A DNA stretch of 64,000 nt, taken from assembly GCA_963712165.1 (NCBI GenBank), contig CAVQGY010000003.1:434684-498683 (forward strand), read 5' to 3'. Positions 59,886 to 64,000 of this stretch are shown piece after piece (position 1 is the first letter of the stretch; each line of letters opens with the position of its first letter). Source of the stretch: an uncultured Chloroflexia bacterium (lineage in GTDB: Bacteria; Chloroflexota; Anaerolineae; Anaerolineales; UBA11858). A model generated the notes under the pieces. That model was given only the letters and a program-made list of their open reading frames with translations. It did not search any database and had not been told where the DNA came from. A program made the translations under genes and the position numbers.

Positions 59886-61134
59886 GATTTAACTCCGTTA
59901 GAATACTTATTTTTGTGCCGGATCCAGGTTGGCTGTTTATTTCAAATCTGCAGCCGCATTCTGCAGCCCGTTCCTTCATCCCTCGGATCCCAAGTGTATC
60001 GAGAGATGTATGCTGATCCGGTTCAAATCCCACACCATCATCTTCAATGATCATGGCGTAAAGGTTCTTTTCCAGATAAAGGCTGAGACTGACACGATTC
60101 GCATCAGCATGCTTGATGATGTTTTCGAGAGATTCCTGAGCAATTCGGTAATAGACCTGTTCGATTTGGATAGAAGATTCCGGTATGATCTCGGGCAGAT
60201 GAAGATCAAGAACGAACCCTCCTCGCGATGCCGCTTGAACAGAGAGGTTTTCGAGAGCCAATTTAAGCCCTAAGTCTTCCACCTGCCTCACGCGCAGATC
60301 TTTAAGCGCCCTCCTTGTATCAGTCAGCCCGGTCCTGGTCTTTTCCAGGGCGTGGTCCAGGCGTTCTATAATCTCCTGGTGTCCTTCTCCTAGCAGGATC
60401 TTAATCGCTTCCAGGTTCACCGTAAGCCCGGACAGGGTATGCGCAAGGGTATCATGCAGGTCACGGGCCAGGCGATTGCGTTCCCGGCTTGTTGCTAATT
60501 GCTCAAGGGTTATTGCATATTCACTCAGTTTTAAATTGGCAGATAGCAGTTTGCTTTCCTGCTGGCGCTGGGTATTGATCAACCGGGTAACGATATGGCC
60601 AATCATCCCGAAGGCAAAAGCCCGGATCAAGGGAAGACCGAGGATGGGAAGGGTTTCAAAATTGACCATTTCCAGGCGAGAGAACAAGATCACTAACTCA
60701 ATGATCGATGTTAGAAAAGTGAAGGCTAACACATACCTGAAGTGGTACTGCCAGGCGATGATGACCAGGGGAACAATCAGGATTGGGAACAGGAGCCAGG
60801 AGCGCAAGATGGTGATCTGGGCGGTTTCCTGGGGGCTGGCCAAATAGACCAGATTGCTGAAGAGGGGGACGACAGTTGCAGAAATCAATGCCAGTGGAAG
60901 ATAGTAGTGTCCCAGCTTTTGTTCCAGCCAGGACCAGGACAGATAAACGAATAACACGCCATTGATCGCCAGGTTCACGTAGGACTGGATTTGGGAGGGA
61001 TTGACTATCTGACCGGTTTGGAGGGCAGTGAAAAGTGACAGGGCCGCAAAATATGCCATTGCGATCCCTGTGAAATACCGGAAGGTCTGGATAACCTCAG
61101 TCCTTTTTTTGCGTGGGGGCATACGGTTCATCAT
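59863..61134 (-). CDS. Membrane sensor histidine kinase (HisKA_3 / NarX-DesK type)
   Basis: About 5 TM helices, H-box LARDLHDTLAHTLSG, and HATPase DDGVGF...GIRGMKERA. 23-nt overlap with the response regulator gene. Confidence 0.9.
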   Translation of the reverse strand: MMNRMPPRKKRTEVIQTFRYFTGIAMAYFAALSLFTALQTGQIVNPSQIQSYVNLAINGVLFVYLSWSWLEQKLGHYYLPLALISATVVPLFSNLVYLASPQETAQITILRSWLLFPILIVPLVIIAWQYHFRYVLAFTFLTSIIELVILFSRLEMVNFETLPILGLPLIRAFAFGMIGHIVTRLINTQRQQESKLLSANLKLSEYAITLEQLATSRERNRLARDLHDTLAHTLSGLTVNLEAIKILLGEGHQEIIERLDHALEKTRTGLTDTRRALKDLRVRQVEDLGLKLALENLSVQAASRGGFVLDLHLPEIIPESSIQIEQVYYRIAQESLENIIKHADANRVSLSLYLEKNLYAMIIEDDGVGFEPDQHTSLDTLGIRGMKERAAECGCRFEINSQPGSGTKISILTELNHVQNLDL

Positions 61135-61224
61135 AACATAATGGGGGCCTGGAGGCTTCCGAATAGTGATTAAAACTGAGCTAATGTGATTCCTGTCATA
61201 ATGCCCAATCTATTTGCCTGAGGT

Positions 61225-62481
61225 CTATCCGACCTCCGAGGTTGAACTTGCCGCATTTCCAGCCGCCCAACCCGTTGAGAAAGCTGCTTGAAGGTTAAAC
61301 CCTCCAGTGTTGGCATCCACATCAAGGATCTCGCCTGCAAAATAGAGTCCCCTGATCAATTTCGATTCCATGGTTCGCGGATCAACTTCTTTGGTATTAA
61401 CGCCACCCGCAGTGATGATGGCGTTTTCAAAACCTTTATGTCCGGTCACATTAAATTTGAATCCACCTTTCAACCAGGCCAGGAGGGTTTTCCTTTCTGC
61501 AGCAGTGATCTGGCTGTTCTTTTTATCCCAGGGAATTCCGGTCTGCTCTACACAAACTGGAATGATCCTTTTTGGAAGTAAGCCGGCTAATAAAGAGGAG
61601 AATTGTTTTACCCCCAGGAGTTGGAGATCGCGCTGAAGCCGGGTATCAAGTGTCTGGTGAGAGAGGGCGGGTTTGAGGTCAATGATGATCTCCACAACTT
61701 TTCCTTCCCCAAGGGCAACGACAATTTCTCTGCTCAGAGTCAGGATCACTGGTCCGGAGAGGCCAAAATGAGTGAACATCAACTCTCCGAAGAGCTGATT
61801 GGTAGGTATCTGATTGATGTAAACGATTGCGAGAATGTTGCTTAAACTCAATCCCTGGAGGTCCTGAGGCACTTTACCGGAAGTGATCAGAGGGACGAGG
61901 GATGGCCGCAACGGCTGGATGGTGTGTCCTGCCAGCCGGGCAAATGCCAGCCCATCACCAGTTGATCCTGTACCGGGATAGGCTTTGCCGCCCGTGGCAA
62001 GGACCACTTTTTGTGAGGAGAATTTCCCCCTGGAAGTGAGAACCCCCTTCACCTGGTTATCATCGATCAACATTTCTTCCAACCGGGTTTCTGTAAGCAA
62101 CTCTACGCCTGAATCCTTGCACCAGGAAAGAAGGGCATCGATCACATCCCTCGCGTTTTCACTAGCCGGAAAGATCCTACCTCCGCGCTGTTCAACTGTC
62201 GGAACACCCAATTCCCTGAAGAACCCCCGCAGCTCCTGATTATAAAACTGGTAAAAGACACCTTTGAGGAACAATCCTTCTTTATTGAACTGCTCCAGGG
62301 CTTCCTCGATCGGAGCAGAATTCGAGAGATTGCAGCGATGTTTTCCGGTCAGGAGCAGTTTTCTGCCGGGTCGGTCCATCTTTTCGATCAGCAAGGTCCG
62401 GCACCCTTTCTGGGCTGCCTGACCGGCTGCCATCAATCCTGCTGGTCCACCACCAACCACGATTAGATCATAAACATTCAT
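61225..62481 (-). CDS. HI0933/BaiN-like NAD(P)/FAD-dependent oxidoreductase
   Basis: MNVYDLIVVGGGPAGLMAAG dinucleotide fold and C-terminal GLYFAGEILDVDANTGGFNLQAAFSTG. Confidence 0.85.
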   Translation of the reverse strand: MNVYDLIVVGGGPAGLMAAGQAAQKGCRTLLIEKMDRPGRKLLLTGKHRCNLSNSAPIEEALEQFNKEGLFLKGVFYQFYNQELRGFFRELGVPTVEQRGGRIFPASENARDVIDALLSWCKDSGVELLTETRLEEMLIDDNQVKGVLTSRGKFSSQKVVLATGGKAYPGTGSTGDGLAFARLAGHTIQPLRPSLVPLITSGKVPQDLQGLSLSNILAIVYINQIPTNQLFGELMFTHFGLSGPVILTLSREIVVALGEGKVVEIIIDLKPALSHQTLDTRLQRDLQLLGVKQFSSLLAGLLPKRIIPVCVEQTGIPWDKKNSQITAAERKTLLAWLKGGFKFNVTGHKGFENAIITAGGVNTKEVDPRTMESKLIRGLYFAGEILDVDANTGGFNLQAAFSTGWAAGNAASSTSEVG

Positions 62482-62566
62482 AAAGTTGTTTCTCAGTCTG
62501 ATGAATGTGCATTGCTTGAAGTGTATCATCATCCCGGATCCAGATCGTGATTGTATATTTCATTAT

Positions 62567-62595
62567 TTGACAAATGGGAATAAGTTAATTAGAAT
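62567..62595 (+). promoter_or_regulatory. Sigma-70-type promoter for the riboswitch-btuF transcript (TTGACA-17 nt-TAGAAT)
   Basis: -35 at 62567..62572 and -10 at 62590..62595. Confidence 0.65.
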
Positions 62596-62636
62596 TAGCT
62601 CGTTGTATATGTTCGGCAATTTAACAATTGAAAATA

Positions 62637-62756
62637 GCATTGGTGCCAGTACTCCTTCAGGGGAGGGCTTGATGGCGAAGTCTGTGAGAATCAGACGCTG
62701 ACCCGCAACTGTGATTCGAGTGTAAGAACCCGATAAGCCAGGTCGACCGCCAATGC
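62637..62756 (+). ncRNA. Cobalamin (B12) riboswitch aptamer
   Basis: P1 GCAUUGG (62637..62643) pairs with CCAAUGC (62750..62756). Conserved core GCUGACCCGCAACUGUGA and B12-box-like AAGCCAGGUCGACCGCC. Lies upstream of a BtuF-like gene. Confidence 0.8.
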
Positions 62757-62827
62757 TGACCGTTCATTGATCTCTCGAGGTAAGGAGGTGTGAACCTGGA
62801 TTATTTAACCAGAATCCCATTTGCTTT

Positions 62828-62851
62828 CCCTGTCTGAGACAGGGATTTTTT
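62828..62851 (+). terminator. Intrinsic terminator (riboswitch expression platform)
   Basis: CCCTGTC-tga-GACAGGG followed by ATTTTTT, 33 nt before the btuF-like ATG. Confidence 0.75.
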
Positions 62852-62884
62852 GTTAAACAGATTAGTCGATACTATTGAGGAAAG

Positions 62885-63817
62885 ATGAAAGATAAAATTG
62901 GATTGATACTATGGATTCTGCTGATCCTGTCTGCAGTTCTAACTGCCTGTGCTCCAATATCACCTGAAGCTCCAGAGAAAGAAGCCATTCTACTGGTAGA
63001 TGGGTTAGGATTTGAGGTAGTTCTGGAAAAACCAGCCCAGCGGATCATTTCCATCTCACCGAACCTGACGGAAATTCTCTTCGGGATTGGTGCTGGCGAC
63101 CGCTTGATTGGCCGAGATTCGAATTCCATGTATCCTGAAGCAGCCCAGCAGGCAGTTGACCTGGGCGGCATGTGGGATGGAATTCCCGCGGAAGCTATCC
63201 TGGCCATGGAACCAGACCTGATCCTGGCAGGAGAAATTTACTCTGCAGAAGCTATAACAGAACTTCGGAACCTGGGGCTGAACGTATATTGGCAGGCCAA
63301 TCCGGATGATTTTGAAGGGCTTTATCAGAATATGCGCGACATCGCTGCTCTTGTTGGTACTGAAGATAAGGCAGAAGTGTTGATAGGATCATTGATGGAC
63401 CGAGTTGCAGCCTTGGATGAGAAGCTGGATGCTGTTGAAGTAACACCACTGGTATTCTATGAGCTGGATGCTTCCGAACCGGCTAATCCCTGGACAGCTG
63501 GCGCCGGGACGTTCATCTCATATGTCATCAATAGAGCCAAGGGTATTAACCTGGGTGACAGCCTGGAAGGCGAATGGGTCCAGATCAGCACAGAAGAGCT
63601 GGTGGCACAGAATCCAGATGTGATCCTTCTGTCAGATGCCCTTTATGGCGTCACCGCAGAAAGCCTTGCAGGGCGAGCTGGATGGAGTGAGATCAAAGCA
63701 GTTAACGAAGGTGAAATCTATCCCTTTGATCCATTCATACTTAGTGTTCCGGGACCACGCCTTGTCGATGGATTTGAGATCCTGGCTGCGATCCTTCACC
63801 CGGAGATAGTTGACTGA
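62885..63817 (+). CDS. ABC transporter periplasmic binding lipoprotein, BtuF/FhuD type (likely cobalamin)
   Basis: Lipobox VLTAC and ISISPNLTEILFGIGAGDRLIGRDS...EPDLILAGE (PF01497 pattern). Riboswitch directly upstream. Confidence 0.85.
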   Translation: MKDKIGLILWILLILSAVLTACAPISPEAPEKEAILLVDGLGFEVVLEKPAQRIISISPNLTEILFGIGAGDRLIGRDSNSMYPEAAQQAVDLGGMWDGIPAEAILAMEPDLILAGEIYSAEAITELRNLGLNVYWQANPDDFEGLYQNMRDIAALVGTEDKAEVLIGSLMDRVAALDEKLDAVEVTPLVFYELDASEPANPWTAGAGTFISYVINRAKGINLGDSLEGEWVQISTEELVAQNPDVILLSDALYGVTAESLAGRAGWSEIKAVNEGEIYPFDPFILSVPGPRLVDGFEILAAILHPEIVD

Positions 63818-63823
63818 ATCTTG

Positions 63824-64000
63824 ATGACCCGAAAACCTTTTTTGACCGTATCTCTTCTGCTTGGAGCTGCATTAGTGCTGAGCATTGCCCTGGGGGCTAT
63901 TACCATCCCTCCGGGCAGTGCCTTGCAGATCCTGGTGGGTAAACTTCCAGGAGTTGATCTCTCCCAGGATTGGCCTGGTTATTATGAGACCATTCTTTGG
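63824..64000 (+). CDS. FecCD/BtuC-family ABC permease (3'-truncated by window end)
   Basis: MTRKPFLTVSLLLGAALVLSIALGAITIPPGSALQIL is the typical FecCD N-terminus. The frame is open to the window edge. Confidence 0.8.
   Translation, partial: MTRKPFLTVSLLLGAALVLSIALGAITIPPGSALQILVGKLPGVDLSQDWPGYYETILW

Overview
Gene-dense bacterial chromosomal window with about 62 protein genes, 1 tRNA and 1 riboswitch, roughly 50% GC by eye. Protein styles (Pro/Thr-rich linkers, Rex, PPK2, ADP-forming acetyl-CoA synthetase, F420-type reductase, a UGA-containing HesB-like gene) suggest a Chloroflexota/Anaerolineae-like organism, but that is inference only. The content is overwhelmingly housekeeping. In order: pentose-phosphate cluster tkt-rpiB-tal; smpB-unknown-hutH-yhhQ; yebC-ruvC-(MgtC/DUF4010)-ruvA; F1 ATP synthase genes atpA-G-D-C followed directly by mreB; rex; obg-nadD; a rhodanese and a C-N hydrolase; ADP-forming acetyl-CoA synthetase plus a stand-alone Pta-N-terminal (DRTGG) protein; an 8-gene TetR-linked ABC-2/HlyD efflux locus; a multi-GAF diguanylate cyclase; rpsU-infA-sigA-carD-rpmI; an atypical OmpR-type regulator; rpsA; exonuclease-DinG; udk, proC, ppk2 and tRNA-Thr(CGU); a NarL-type two-component pair; and a cobalamin riboswitch controlling a btuF/btuC-like importer that runs off the window end. 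I found no rRNA, CRISPR array, transposase, integrase, prophage or recognisable defence gene, and no stretch I can defend as a new multi-gene system. The best leads are small-scale. (1) A HesB/IscA-like gene missed by the ORF track, interrupted by one in-frame TGA at the ligand-Cys position and followed by a SECIS-like hairpin (candidate selenoprotein). (2) A fused pseudo-kinase/pseudo-receiver OmpR-family regulator behind an apparently leaderless promoter. (3) A domain-less 262-aa protein between smpB and an orphan histidine ammonia-lyase. (4) A roughly 40-aa insertion in AtpA and an atpAGDC-mreB arrangement. Several ORF-track starts were revised using homolog N-termini and Shine-Dalgarno spacing.
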